This document shows positions 29,641-39,090 of a stretch of 64,000 bases of DNA, one piece after another. A program made the translations under genes and the position numbers. This DNA is from an uncultured Veillonellaceae bacterium (GTDB lineage Bacteria; Bacillota; Negativicutes; JARBTT01). The stretch spans positions 1,152,001 to 1,216,000 of the forward strand of contig CAWDTA010000002.1 of NCBI GenBank assembly GCA_963805085.1, written 5' to 3'. The notes under the pieces are model-generated. The model did no database searches, was not told the origin of the DNA, and worked only from the letters and a program-made list of their open reading frames with translations. The number at the start of each line of letters is the position of its first letter. The first letter of the stretch is position 1.

Positions 29641-29718
29641 ATAGTACAATAAAGGTGTTACATTGTCAATTAAAAGATATAACTTTTAATTGACAATAGA
29701 TATACTTAATCTTATAAT
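29641..29718. promoter_or_regulatory. Divergent sigma-A promoters sharing a palindromic operator
   Basis: ATTGTCAATTAAAAG-N6-CTTTTAATTGACAAT (29662-97) contains both -35 boxes; -10 TATAAT (+, 29713-18) and TACTAT (-, 29641-46), each with a 17-bp spacer. Confidence 0.85.
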
Positions 29719-29783
29719 TGAAAATGAAAGCAAAAAGCATTAGGCAATGATTTAGTAAAGAAGATAAATAAGAGGAGATGTTT

Positions 29784-29882
29784 ATGAAAGAAAAATTTAT
29801 TAAGGTTGCAATCGTATGTGCGCTCATTGGTGAGACTATACCGGTATTAGCTTTTGCGGCAGTGAGTAGTAAGGATTTATAG
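29784..29882 (+). pseudogene. Signal-peptide-only sORF or truncated secreted-protein relic
   Basis: AGAGGAG RBS; MKEKFIKVAIVCALIGETIPVLAFAAVSSKDL*; reading continues in another frame (IANDPNNKVYIERTAYADNGK). Confidence 0.5.
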
Positions 29883-30004
29883 CTAACGATCCAAATAACA
29901 AGGTATACATAGAAAGAACTGCTTATGCCGACAATGGTAAGGCGAGTAGGATTGCATAGAGGTAGAATTTCAATTATATTTCAAATCAAAAGGAGAATTA
30001 TACG

Positions 30005-32017
30005 ATGAAAAGAAAAAGCTTTGTTTCTTTTATTGTGTTAGTCCTATGTTTTTTTTCAGTAATAACTTTAAAATCAGTTGCTTTAGCTAATGATAGTAAT
30101 GAGCAAAATAGTGATTTTGTGACTCGCCAAGGCGACAAACTTATGTTAAATGGTAAAGAATTTAGATTTTCCGGTTCGAACAATTATTATTTTCATTATC
30201 GTTCTAATAAAATGATTGATGATGTAATGGATAACGCTAGTAAAATGGGATTAAAAGTGATGAGATGTTGGGGCTTTATTGATGGTAATGGGGAAGATAA
30301 AACAACAGACCCCAAAATAGAGATGCAACCCAACATGGGAGAATACGCTGAGAGTGGCTTTGAAAGATTAGACTATGCTATCAAAAAAGCTAGTGAAAAA
30401 GGTATAAAATTAGTTATAGTGTTAGTAAATAACTGGGATGACTTTGGCGGTATGAATGCCTATGTCAATTGGGCAAAAGATCCGAATAGACATGATGGAT
30501 TTTATACTAATGAAAAAATTAAAAGTGCCTATAAAGCTTACGTAAATCACATGCTGAATAGAGTTAATACATATACTGGTGTAAAGTATATGTATGATCC
30601 TACTATTATGACATGGGAATTAACTAATGAAGCACGTTGTGAATCTGATCCGTCAGGGAAAACACTTTTTAACTGGACAAAAGAGATGAGTGAATATGTT
30701 AAATCTGTTGATAATAGCCATCTTGTAGCATTAGGTGAAGAAGGATTTATAAGAGATACTAAAAGTACTATCTTAGAATACAATGGCTCAAAAGGCCTTG
30801 ACTGGGGGCAAGTTATTGCATTGCCAACTATCGACTATGGTACTGTACATTTGTACCCTGATTATTGGGGTGATCCTTGGAAAGATGGCGTGAAATCGGG
30901 TTCTGCTTGGTTAAAAGCTCACGCTGGTTTAGCGAAAGCTGCTAACAAACCTGTCGTTTTTGAAGAATATGGAGTATTAAAAACAAGTGTTACAAATCGT
31001 GATTATGCATACGAAACTTGGAATAATTTAGCATACGAACTTGGTTATAGTGGAAGTATGTTTTGGCTTTTAACAGGTATTGATGATTTAAAGCCAGATG
31101 CAGATGGGCTTTATCCGGATAATGATAGTCTTAGAATCGTATACAATAAAAAAGAAAATGCGGCAAGCGTTAAAATTTTCGAAGAAAATGCAAAGTTAAT
31201 GAATGGTAAAAAAGTAACAAGAACTCCACATATTTATATAACTGCACCAAGTAAAAACGAAAGAATCAAAGATCTTGCTTCTGTAGAAGTTAAAATCATA
31301 CCATATGGTAAAGAAATAAATAACGTATTGTTTTCAACACCAAAAGAGAAAAATATCATAATGAAAGCAAATGCTGGCAGTTACAAGTATGATCTTGATA
31401 TATCCAAAGAAGAAAATGGTAAAATGCCTATTTCAGCTGTAGTTCAATTTAAAGATGGAACCTCTGCAGCTACATCAGATATAATCAACATCCGAAATAA
31501 ACAAGGAAAATTGGTTAGTGAAAAAGTATTTGATTTCAGCAAAGAAATCGATGGATGGGATCAAAATGGCATATATCAATCAGAAATTAAAGATGTGAAA
31601 TACACGAAAGAAGTTGGAAATGGGTCCTTACAGCTCGATGTTAAATTCCCTGGAGCTTCTGATTGGGAAGAACTTAGAATAGCTCTTAAATCTATAGATT
31701 TAACTCCTTATGCCGGCTGTAAGTATGACATATATATTCCCAAGGAAGGATTACCAGCACATGCTCAATTAAGACCGTATGTCGTTGTTACACCAGGCTG
31801 GGTGAAATGTGGTGTAGATCAAAATAATGCTTATATCGGTCAATTACCTACTGTTACATTCAGCGGAAAAGAATATGTAAAATTACAAGTTACAAATATG
31901 TTCAATGGACAAGCAAAAGATAAGAATGAACTTGATATTGATCTGGTTGCAAACATGTTTAAATATGAAGGTCCAATCTATTTTGATAATATTGAATTGC
32001 TTAAGGAGGTAGAATAG
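30005..32017 (+). CDS. Exported GH5 endo-beta-1,4-mannanase with Ig-like and CBM27-like modules
   Basis: Sec signal peptide; NNWDDFGGM, WELTNEAR (acid/base), HLYP, VFEEYG (nucleophile); C-terminal WEE..LRPY..PGWVK..GPIYFDNI as in CBM27-bearing mannanases. Confidence 0.88.
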   Translation: MKRKSFVSFIVLVLCFFSVITLKSVALANDSNEQNSDFVTRQGDKLMLNGKEFRFSGSNNYYFHYRSNKMIDDVMDNASKMGLKVMRCWGFIDGNGEDKTTDPKIEMQPNMGEYAESGFERLDYAIKKASEKGIKLVIVLVNNWDDFGGMNAYVNWAKDPNRHDGFYTNEKIKSAYKAYVNHMLNRVNTYTGVKYMYDPTIMTWELTNEARCESDPSGKTLFNWTKEMSEYVKSVDNSHLVALGEEGFIRDTKSTILEYNGSKGLDWGQVIALPTIDYGTVHLYPDYWGDPWKDGVKSGSAWLKAHAGLAKAANKPVVFEEYGVLKTSVTNRDYAYETWNNLAYELGYSGSMFWLLTGIDDLKPDADGLYPDNDSLRIVYNKKENAASVKIFEENAKLMNGKKVTRTPHIYITAPSKNERIKDLASVEVKIIPYGKEINNVLFSTPKEKNIIMKANAGSYKYDLDISKEENGKMPISAVVQFKDGTSAATSDIINIRNKQGKLVSEKVFDFSKEIDGWDQNGIYQSEIKDVKYTKEVGNGSLQLDVKFPGASDWEELRIALKSIDLTPYAGCKYDIYIPKEGLPAHAQLRPYVVVTPGWVKCGVDQNNAYIGQLPTVTFSGKEYVKLQVTNMFNGQAKDKNELDIDLVANMFKYEGPIYFDNIELLKEVE

Positions 32018-32129
32018 TTCAAATATCAACAGTAATAACAAATAATTATTTCTTAATATCATTAAATTTTTTAATGCAAATAAAAGGAGTAGTTCATAGA
32101 CGAAAAAAAGTAATCTATAATTAATTCAG

Positions 32130-32177
32130 CACAACTCCTGTTTATGGAATTATTTACATAAATGGGAGTTGTTTTTA
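32130..32177 (+). terminator. Intrinsic terminator
   Basis: ACAACTCCTGTTTATG...CATAAATGGGAGTTGT followed by TTTT. Confidence 0.7.
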
Positions 32178-32477
32178 TGAGTGAGAAATAAGATCGATAA
32201 ATACAAAAACAGATTCAGTTCGTTTAAGATTCCTTTTAGTACAGTAAATCTTGTTCGGCATACCAGAACTACGACGGTATTCTATTTTAATAATAAACAA
32301 AATCAAATTTATTAGCTGATGCAATGATAGATTGTAAAGATCAGTATAATTTTTTAGGATATTTAAGAGCTAAACTTGGTGTAAATATAGGAAATTGTTA
32401 ATTTATTGCCAGCATTAAATTTGCCCAAAATTCTGGTAGTCAAGATTTGTCGGAGACGAATTAAATTGTGTTAAACA

Positions 32478-32552
32478 TGTCGATAAAGAACATTTCTTTT
32501 GTCAATAAAAGATATATCTTTTATTGACAAAGGGAATGTCTAGACGTATAAT
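32478..32552 (+). promoter_or_regulatory. PTS operon promoter with tandem operators
   Basis: Perfect 34-bp palindrome TTTGTCAATAAAAGATATATCTTTTATTGACAAA (32498-531) overlapping TTGACA-N17-TATAAT; degenerate second site just upstream. Confidence 0.88.
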
Positions 32553-32608
32553 CTTTATAGGAAGAAAAAAGTAACAAGATGAACTAATAGAAATCAGGAG
32601 GCAGGAAG

Positions 32609-32908
32609 ATGAATATTTATTTAGTTTGTAACGCGGGAATGTCGACGTCTATTTTAGTTAAAAAAATGCGAGATGCAGCGATAACTCACAATATCGATGT
32701 GAATATTGAAGCTTTTTCAGTAGAAATATTGGATGAAAAAATAGGATCAGCTGATGTGGTCTTATTAGGACCACAGATTCGTCATATGTTAGCAGATGTG
32801 AAGAAAATGGTAGGTGATCAATGTCCGGTAGACGTTATTGACATGCGTGATTATGGCATGATCAATGGAGAAAAAGTGCTAAGTAAAGCATTAAAATTAA
32901 TTGGATAG
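32609..32908 (+). CDS. PTS cellobiose/lactose-family EIIB (GmuB-like)
   Basis: CNAGMSTS, LLGPQ, DYGMING. Confidence 0.93.
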   Translation: MNIYLVCNAGMSTSILVKKMRDAAITHNIDVNIEAFSVEILDEKIGSADVVLLGPQIRHMLADVKKMVGDQCPVDVIDMRDYGMINGEKVLSKALKLIG

Positions 32909-32922
32909 GAGGAGAAAATTAA

Positions 32923-34233
32923 ATGGGTAATGCTGTTGTAAAACTTGAAAAGGTAATAATGCCAGTTGCAGGGGTGATTTCTAGTAATAAATATTTGCTA
33001 GCGATGCGGGATTCATTTTCAATTATCTTACCATTTATGATTGTTGGTTCAATTTTTGGGATTTTGAGTTGGGTTGTCCTTGATCCACAAGGTACTGTTA
33101 TGGGGGCGAATGGCTTAAATTTAGGTCCATCTATTACGGGCTTGAACAGTGAAGAGTACCTAATCTCTGACTTTGTTATGAAGTTGAAAAATTTGCAGAC
33201 TTTGTGTGGATTAGTTACGACAATTGGTTTTGATGTATTTTCACTTCTTTTAGTTTTGTCTTTTTCCTATCGTTTAGGTGGTATCTGGGGCGGTGAAAAA
33301 TTTATGACTGCAATAACTGGTGTTGCGGCATTTTTAATTGTTACACCACAAAAAATCGGTGATGCAGGCGGTTTTAGTACTGGTTATTTTGGTAGTAAAG
33401 GTGTTTTGACAGCTATTATTGTTGCGACAGTAGCTTCATGGATTTTTGTTAAGCTATCAAGCAATAAAAAACTTAAAATAGCAATGCCAGACAGTGTTCC
33501 CCCAGCTGTATCTCAGTCTTTTGCAGCACTTGTTCCAGTTGGCATAACTTTAGGCCTTTTTGCTGCTTTTGCGGCGATTTTAATTTGGTTTGATATACCT
33601 GCTCTTAATAATTTGATTTATTTGGCAATCCAAGCACCTCTTTTGGGGTTTTCTCAAGGGTTTGGATTTTCGGTCTTATATCAGTTTTTAGTTTGGTTTT
33701 TCTGGTGGTTTGGTATCCATGGACACAATGTTACAGCAGCAATTCAAAATTCAGTTTATATGCCTGCTCAGCTTGCCAATCAAGCAGGTGATGCTTCTTA
33801 TATTTTCAGTAACGGATTTTTTGAAGCTGGTTTAATGCATGTCATGGGGTTGGTTATTGCTATTTTTTTATTTTCAAAGAAAGACAGTTGGCGGGCAGTT
33901 GCTAAAATTGGTGCACCAGCTATGCTCTTCAATATTCAGGAACCACTCGCATTTGGTCTTCCAATCGTACTTAATCCAATTTTATTGATCCCGTACATTT
34001 TGGCGCCATTGGCTAATACTGTAATTGGCTGGTTGTTTATTTCAGGTGGGCTGGTTCCGATTTTTCGCTTTGTGGTTCCTTGGACTATGCCAATGTTTTT
34101 TTGCGGTATGATTGGTACAGGTTCTCTAGCTGGGGGGCTATTGCAATTGGTATGGCTTGTAGTAGATATCTTAATTTATTCACCATTTGTTATAGCATCA
34201 AATAGGATTAAAGATATTGTCGAAGAAGAATAA
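32923..34233 (+). CDS. PTS cellobiose/lactose-family EIIC (GmuC-like)
   Basis: IAMPDSVPPAV, WFGIHG, FNIQEPLAFGLPIVLNP. Confidence 0.93.
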   Translation: MGNAVVKLEKVIMPVAGVISSNKYLLAMRDSFSIILPFMIVGSIFGILSWVVLDPQGTVMGANGLNLGPSITGLNSEEYLISDFVMKLKNLQTLCGLVTTIGFDVFSLLLVLSFSYRLGGIWGGEKFMTAITGVAAFLIVTPQKIGDAGGFSTGYFGSKGVLTAIIVATVASWIFVKLSSNKKLKIAMPDSVPPAVSQSFAALVPVGITLGLFAAFAAILIWFDIPALNNLIYLAIQAPLLGFSQGFGFSVLYQFLVWFFWWFGIHGHNVTAAIQNSVYMPAQLANQAGDASYIFSNGFFEAGLMHVMGLVIAIFLFSKKDSWRAVAKIGAPAMLFNIQEPLAFGLPIVLNPILLIPYILAPLANTVIGWLFISGGLVPIFRFVVPWTMPMFFCGMIGTGSLAGGLLQLVWLVVDILIYSPFVIASNRIKDIVEEE

Positions 34234-34336
34234 ATAACCTCGCATAAAAGTTAAAATAATTAGCAGTGCAGCCCCTTGTGCGGTTGGGAAGCATTTCACC
34301 CTAAGTATATTATTTATGAATTTGGAGGAAAATTTG

Positions 34337-34654
34337 ATGGATGAAAAAATAGTAGAACAGTCCATGCAATTGATTTTATACGCTGGTGCAGGACGTTCCA
34401 TGGTTGTAGAAGCAGTACAGAATCTATTAGAAGACAATGATGTTGTAAAAGCGAGAGAAGCTATCGCTGTGGCTGGAAAAGAAATAGGTAAAGCACATGA
34501 GATTCAAACTGCACTTATGGCAGAGGAATGTGATGGGAAATCGGTAGAAAAATCAATTCTCTTAATTCATGCACAAGATCATTTCATGAGTGCTTTGACT
34601 GTTCGGGATATGGGGTTACTTATGACAAGAATGTATGAAAAATTGAAGAAATAA
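34337..34654 (+). CDS. PTS cellobiose/lactose-family EIIA (GmuA-like)
   Basis: AHEIQT, LLIHAQDHFM. Confidence 0.93.
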   Translation: MDEKIVEQSMQLILYAGAGRSMVVEAVQNLLEDNDVVKAREAIAVAGKEIGKAHEIQTALMAEECDGKSVEKSILLIHAQDHFMSALTVRDMGLLMTRMYEKLKK

Positions 34655-34695
34655 AGAGTATATTTATAATATAGATTGCTAAAGGACTGGATGTT

Positions 34696-35379
34696 ATGCG
34701 TGAAGAGATGATTTATAATCCGAATTATTATCAACTGCGTGGTTATATGATTGAAACAATGGAAAAGATTATTGCTGTAAATCAAAAATCGAAATCGCAT
34801 GGGGTTTTGTTTTTTGGTGATTCGATTATAGAATGGTATGATATTGAAAACTATTTCCCGGAAATAAGAATAAAATATAATTCGGGAATTTGCGGTGCGA
34901 CCTCTGAATCCTTACGCTGGATTTGTGATGAAGCTGTGATCAAGTATAAACCCCAGGTTATAGTGTTAATGGTGGGAACGAATGATTTTGGCAATACAAA
35001 TATGAGAAGTCCCAGAGAGATTGTCCAGAATGTGCAAATTTTGCTTGATTTAATTCAAGGAAATTTGCCCAATGCCCATATTTTGTTACTAGAAACACTA
35101 CCCTGTGATGAAAATTTCCAGGGGAGCTTTGTGGGAAAAAAGATGCGATCTAATAAAATGATTGCTTTATTAAATGAGGAATATAAAAATATGGAGCAGC
35201 TTTTTCCTAACTTAGTTTTGGTTCCAACTTTTGAATTTTTCTTGGATAAACACCAAAATTCAATCATTCCTAAATATACAACAGATGGATTGCATTTGAG
35301 TGAGGCTGGATATGTTAGATTAACTCAAATCATTAAGCCTGTTTTAATCCAATATATAACCGATTTTAATTTAAACTAG
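34696..35379 (+). CDS. SGNH/GDSL hydrolase, candidate acetylesterase
   Basis: FGDS, G, GTND and DGLH blocks; no signal peptide. Confidence 0.85.
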   Translation: MREEMIYNPNYYQLRGYMIETMEKIIAVNQKSKSHGVLFFGDSIIEWYDIENYFPEIRIKYNSGICGATSESLRWICDEAVIKYKPQVIVLMVGTNDFGNTNMRSPREIVQNVQILLDLIQGNLPNAHILLLETLPCDENFQGSFVGKKMRSNKMIALLNEEYKNMEQLFPNLVLVPTFEFFLDKHQNSIIPKYTTDGLHLSEAGYVRLTQIIKPVLIQYITDFNLN

Positions 35380-35428
35380 ATAAGCTACATCATCCTGTAT
35401 TAAATATCAATAGGTAAAAGAAATAGAG

Positions 35429-36838
35429 GTGGCAGTTTTGAGTATAAAATATAAATTCCCAGAAAAATTTTGGTGGGGGGCAGCGACCTCGGGTCCACAG
35501 ACAGAAGGTCGCTTTAATAAAAAACATGCAAATATTTTTGATCATTGGTTTGATATTGAAAAAGATACATTTTTTAATGGCATTGGACCAAATGTTGCGT
35601 CCAATTTTTACAATAGTTATAAAGAAGATATAAAATTAATGGCGGATATTGGGCTGGATTCATTGCGGACATCTATTCAATGGACGCGGTTGATTAGAAA
35701 TTTTGAAACTGCCGAAGTTAATGAAGAAGCTGTTGATTTCTACAATCGTGTAATTGATGAATTTCTTAAAAACCAAATTACGCCTGTAATCAATTTACAT
35801 CATTTTGATTTACCAGTTGAATTATATGATAAATATGGTGGTTGGGAATCAAAACATGTGATCGAATTATTTGTCTTATTTGCTGAAAGGTGTTTTGAGC
35901 TTCTTGGCGATAGAGTAAAAAATTGGATTACATTTAATGAGCCAATGGTCATTGTCGAAGGTCAATATCTGTATAAATTTCACTATCCAAATCTTGTGGA
36001 TGGAAAAAAAGCCGTCCAAGTTTTATACAATTTGAATTTAGCTTCAGCCAAAGTGATTGCTGCATTTAAACAATCAAAATGCGCAAAGCAAGGCGGTGAA
36101 ATTGGTATTGTATTGAATTTAACACCTGCTTATCCCCGCTCACAAGCTGACGAAGATGTGAAAGCAGCGGCGTTTGTTGAAGATTTTTTCAATAAGTCTT
36201 TTCTGGATCCGGCGGTAAAAGGTGAATTTACCCCATCGTTAGTTCAAACATTACGAGAAGATGATGTATTATGGGAATCTACGCCGGAAGAGTTGATGAT
36301 TATCAAAAACAATACAATTGATTTTTTAGGTGTTAATTATTATCAGCCGCGTCGGGCTAAAAGCAAAGAAGTTGTTTGGGATATAGAAAAAGGCTGGATG
36401 CCTAACAAATATTTTGATGATTACGAGATGCCGGGACGCCGAATGAATCCTTATCGTGGTTGGGAAATATATCCTCAAGCGATGTATGATATTGCAATCA
36501 ATATTCGTGATTATTATAATAATATTCGTTGGTATGTGTCGGAAAATGGCATGGGCGTTGAGGGAGAAGAAAATTATCGCAACGCAGACGGTTTAATCGA
36601 AGATATATATCGCATTGATTTTTATGAAGAACACTTAACCTATTTGCATAAAGCAATTCAGGAAGGAGCAAATTGCTTCGGCTTTCATGCTTGGACACCG
36701 ATTGACTGCTGGTCATGGTCGAATGCTTACAAAAATCGTTATGGCTATATAGCAGTTGACTTAGCAACTCAAATCAAAACAATAAAAAAATCGGGCTATT
36801 GGTTTAAAAATGTAGCAAAGAATAACGGATTTTCATAA
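35429..36838 (+). CDS. GH1 6-phospho-beta-glucosidase/mannosidase (GmuD-like)
   Basis: WGAATSGPQTEG, TFNEP, YVSENG, WSWSNAYKNRYG. Confidence 0.92.
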   Translation: MAVLSIKYKFPEKFWWGAATSGPQTEGRFNKKHANIFDHWFDIEKDTFFNGIGPNVASNFYNSYKEDIKLMADIGLDSLRTSIQWTRLIRNFETAEVNEEAVDFYNRVIDEFLKNQITPVINLHHFDLPVELYDKYGGWESKHVIELFVLFAERCFELLGDRVKNWITFNEPMVIVEGQYLYKFHYPNLVDGKKAVQVLYNLNLASAKVIAAFKQSKCAKQGGEIGIVLNLTPAYPRSQADEDVKAAAFVEDFFNKSFLDPAVKGEFTPSLVQTLREDDVLWESTPEELMIIKNNTIDFLGVNYYQPRRAKSKEVVWDIEKGWMPNKYFDDYEMPGRRMNPYRGWEIYPQAMYDIAINIRDYYNNIRWYVSENGMGVEGEENYRNADGLIEDIYRIDFYEEHLTYLHKAIQEGANCFGFHAWTPIDCWSWSNAYKNRYGYIAVDLATQIKTIKKSGYWFKNVAKNNGFS

Positions 36839-36849
36839 AATAATAAGAA

Positions 36850-36933
36850 GCAAGGGTGTTCCTAGATGTATTTTATTAGCGATGTTTGATCAAGCATCGC
36901 TAGAAAATGTATGTGGGACATCCTTGTTTTTTA
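36850..36933 (+). terminator. Long hairpin terminator
   Basis: About 80-nt imperfect stem-loop CAAGGGTGTTCC...GGGACATCCTTG followed by a T tract. Confidence 0.7.
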
Positions 36934-37036
36934 TATTCTATAAGATATGTTTTTTACAAGATAAGGTCAGTTCTAATTTTAAGTTAGGATAAAAAGTGAT
37001 ATAATAAAAATATCTATGAACAAAGGAGAAAGTCCG

Positions 37037-37750
37037 ATGATAAAATATCAAGAGATTGCTGGGGATATAAGAAAAAACATTTTAGCAGGAAAATATTTGT
37101 CGGGAGAACAACTGCCCCTTGAAAAAGAGATGTGTAAACAGTATGATGTAAGCCGTATTACAATCAAAAAAGCAGTGGATGAGCTGGTGAAGTTAGGTTT
37201 TATTATTAAACGGCGCGGATCAGGTACCTTTGTTAAGTCGATTGATGATGAAGAGGCAAAAGATCTCAGTATGGCTAGACAATTTACAGGATTTACTGAA
37301 ACCAATAAAGGCAAAGAAATTCGGACTGAAATTGTTAAGTTTGATGTTGTACATCCTGATAATGAAATTGCTGCAAAATTGCAAATTGCTACGGATGATT
37401 TTGTATATGATATTATTCGGGTTCGTTTTGCCGATGAGATACCAATTGTTATCGAATATACCAAAATGCCGATTAATTTGATTCCTGGGATCAAACATGA
37501 TGTTTTGTTAAAATCCATTTATTTTTATATTCAGTGTCAATTGAAGCTCAAAATTCAATCGGCACATCGTTCGATTCGAGCAATTTTGCCTAATGAACTT
37601 GAGCAGCAGCATTTAAAGATTGCGGGGACATTCCCTTTATTAGAAGTAGAACAGATTGCTTTTTTAGATGATGGGCGGGCTTTTGAATATTCAATCTCGC
37701 ATCATCGCAGTGATCAAATTGTTTTTAAGACAGTGAGTATCCGGCAGTAA
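37037..37750 (+). CDS. GntR/HutC-family regulator (GmuR-like), paralogue 2
   Basis: Closely similar to 27228-27941 over its whole length. Confidence 0.92.
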   Translation: MIKYQEIAGDIRKNILAGKYLSGEQLPLEKEMCKQYDVSRITIKKAVDELVKLGFIIKRRGSGTFVKSIDDEEAKDLSMARQFTGFTETNKGKEIRTEIVKFDVVHPDNEIAAKLQIATDDFVYDIIRVRFADEIPIVIEYTKMPINLIPGIKHDVLLKSIYFYIQCQLKLKIQSAHRSIRAILPNELEQQHLKIAGTFPLLEVEQIAFLDDGRAFEYSISHHRSDQIVFKTVSIRQ

Positions 37751-37849
37751 ATTTTACGATAGTGAATTCTTTAAGGAGTATAGTATTTTTATTATAATAC
37801 AGTAAATATGAAAGAAAATACATAATGTAGTAAAAGGAGTAATGTAATC

Positions 37850-38815
37850 ATGTTATATCCATTAAAACTCACGGCACCACTCAAAGATTATATTTGGGGA
37901 GGTACTGCTTTAAAAACAAAATACAATAAGAAATCAAATCTTGAAAAAGTTGCGGAAAGCTGGGAACTTTCTTGCCATAAAGATGGACAGAGCCTGATTG
38001 CAAATGGTGTAGCTTCCGGTATGACATTAGCCAGCTATATTGAGCAGCAAGGTAAAAAAATTTTAGGAAGTAATGCGGATCGGTTTACTTATTTCCCACT
38101 TCTTATTAAATTAATTGATGCGAAAGATAATTTATCAGTGCAAGTGCATCCAGAAAATGAATATGCACTTCGCGTTGAAGGTGAATATGGCAAGACTGAA
38201 ATGTGGTATATTGTTGATTGTGAACCAGGTGCCGAGCTTTTATATGGTTTCAAAAATGAAATATCAAAAGCAGAGTTTCAGCAGCGTATTGAGGATAATA
38301 CGTTATTAGAAGTGTGCAATAATGTACCTGTTAAAAAAGGTGATGTATTTTTTATCGATGCTGGTACTTTACATGCCATCGGGAAAGGTATTTTAGTTGC
38401 TGAAATACAACAAAATTCGAATACAACCTACCGCATCTATGATTATGGACGTTTGGGTAATGGGGGCAAACCACGTGATTTACATGTACAAAAAGCACTT
38501 GATGTAACTAAATTGAGCCGTCCAATGAAACCGACAACCCCTGAAGCTGAAATGCATTTTTTTGCTGATTATGATATGAAACTATTAGCTCAGTGTGAAT
38601 ATTTTACGGTCTATCATTTTGACCTTATCAAAACATGCAATTTAAAAGCTGATAAGGATACGTTTCATTCCATCCTCGTATTGGAAGGTGGCTTGACACT
38701 TTGTTATGAAGAAGGAAAAATGGTCTTGAATAAAGGTGAAAGTGTATTTATTCCTGCTGGGTTAGGTGAATATAGTTTACAGGGTAAGGGCGAATTTATT
38801 TTAAGTATGGTATGA
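37850..38815 (+). CDS. manA: Mannose-6-phosphate isomerase, type I
   Basis: IWGG, FPLLIKLIDA, LSVQVHP, GKTEMWY, GTLHAIG, EIQQNS. Confidence 0.95.
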   Translation: MLYPLKLTAPLKDYIWGGTALKTKYNKKSNLEKVAESWELSCHKDGQSLIANGVASGMTLASYIEQQGKKILGSNADRFTYFPLLIKLIDAKDNLSVQVHPENEYALRVEGEYGKTEMWYIVDCEPGAELLYGFKNEISKAEFQQRIEDNTLLEVCNNVPVKKGDVFFIDAGTLHAIGKGILVAEIQQNSNTTYRIYDYGRLGNGGKPRDLHVQKALDVTKLSRPMKPTTPEAEMHFFADYDMKLLAQCEYFTVYHFDLIKTCNLKADKDTFHSILVLEGGLTLCYEEGKMVLNKGESVFIPAGLGEYSLQGKGEFILSMV

Positions 38816-38898
38816 TTACTTAATCGTACCTCGTACAATTAAGCATCGAGTAATAGAGCATTTGTAGTATTAAAGACTTGTTATATTAGTGCTACTAT

Positions 38899-38936
38899 CA
38901 GCCGTGTACCGATTTGGTACACGGCTGTCTTGTTTA
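38899..38936 (+). terminator. manA terminator
   Basis: CAGCCGTGTACC-GATTT-GGTACACGGCTG followed by a T-rich tail. Confidence 0.75.
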
Positions 38937-38974
38937 TTGTATAAAGCTTACCGGCTGTTGGTGGCTATGAGTAG

Positions 38975-39090
38975 TGGGCTGATAATGAAATTTAAAGCTA
39001 TGCCTGCTCAGTGTAAATAAACTACGTTAGCAACTGGTTTATAGCAGTAAATACAGAATATATTTTAGTACTTTGCTGCTGCAATATTGA
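38975..39090 (-). pseudogene. Degenerate tRNA-Thr copy 2, including promoter-side flank
   Basis: TGGGCTGATAATGAAATTTAAAGCTATGCCTGCTCAGTGTAAATAAACTACGTTAGCAACTGGTTTATAGCAG is colinear with 17103-78; the next ~40 bp also align with 17179-17220. Confidence 0.7.

Noticed and set aside
32176-32225. TATGAGTGAGAAATAAGATCG after a terminator as a further tRNA-Thr relic
   Set aside because: Similarity is too short and AT-rich to distinguish from chance by eye
32254-32268. 15-mer TTCGGCATACCAGAA also present at 53678-53692
   Set aside because: A single 15-bp match is around chance level in 64 kb, and the flanks do not align
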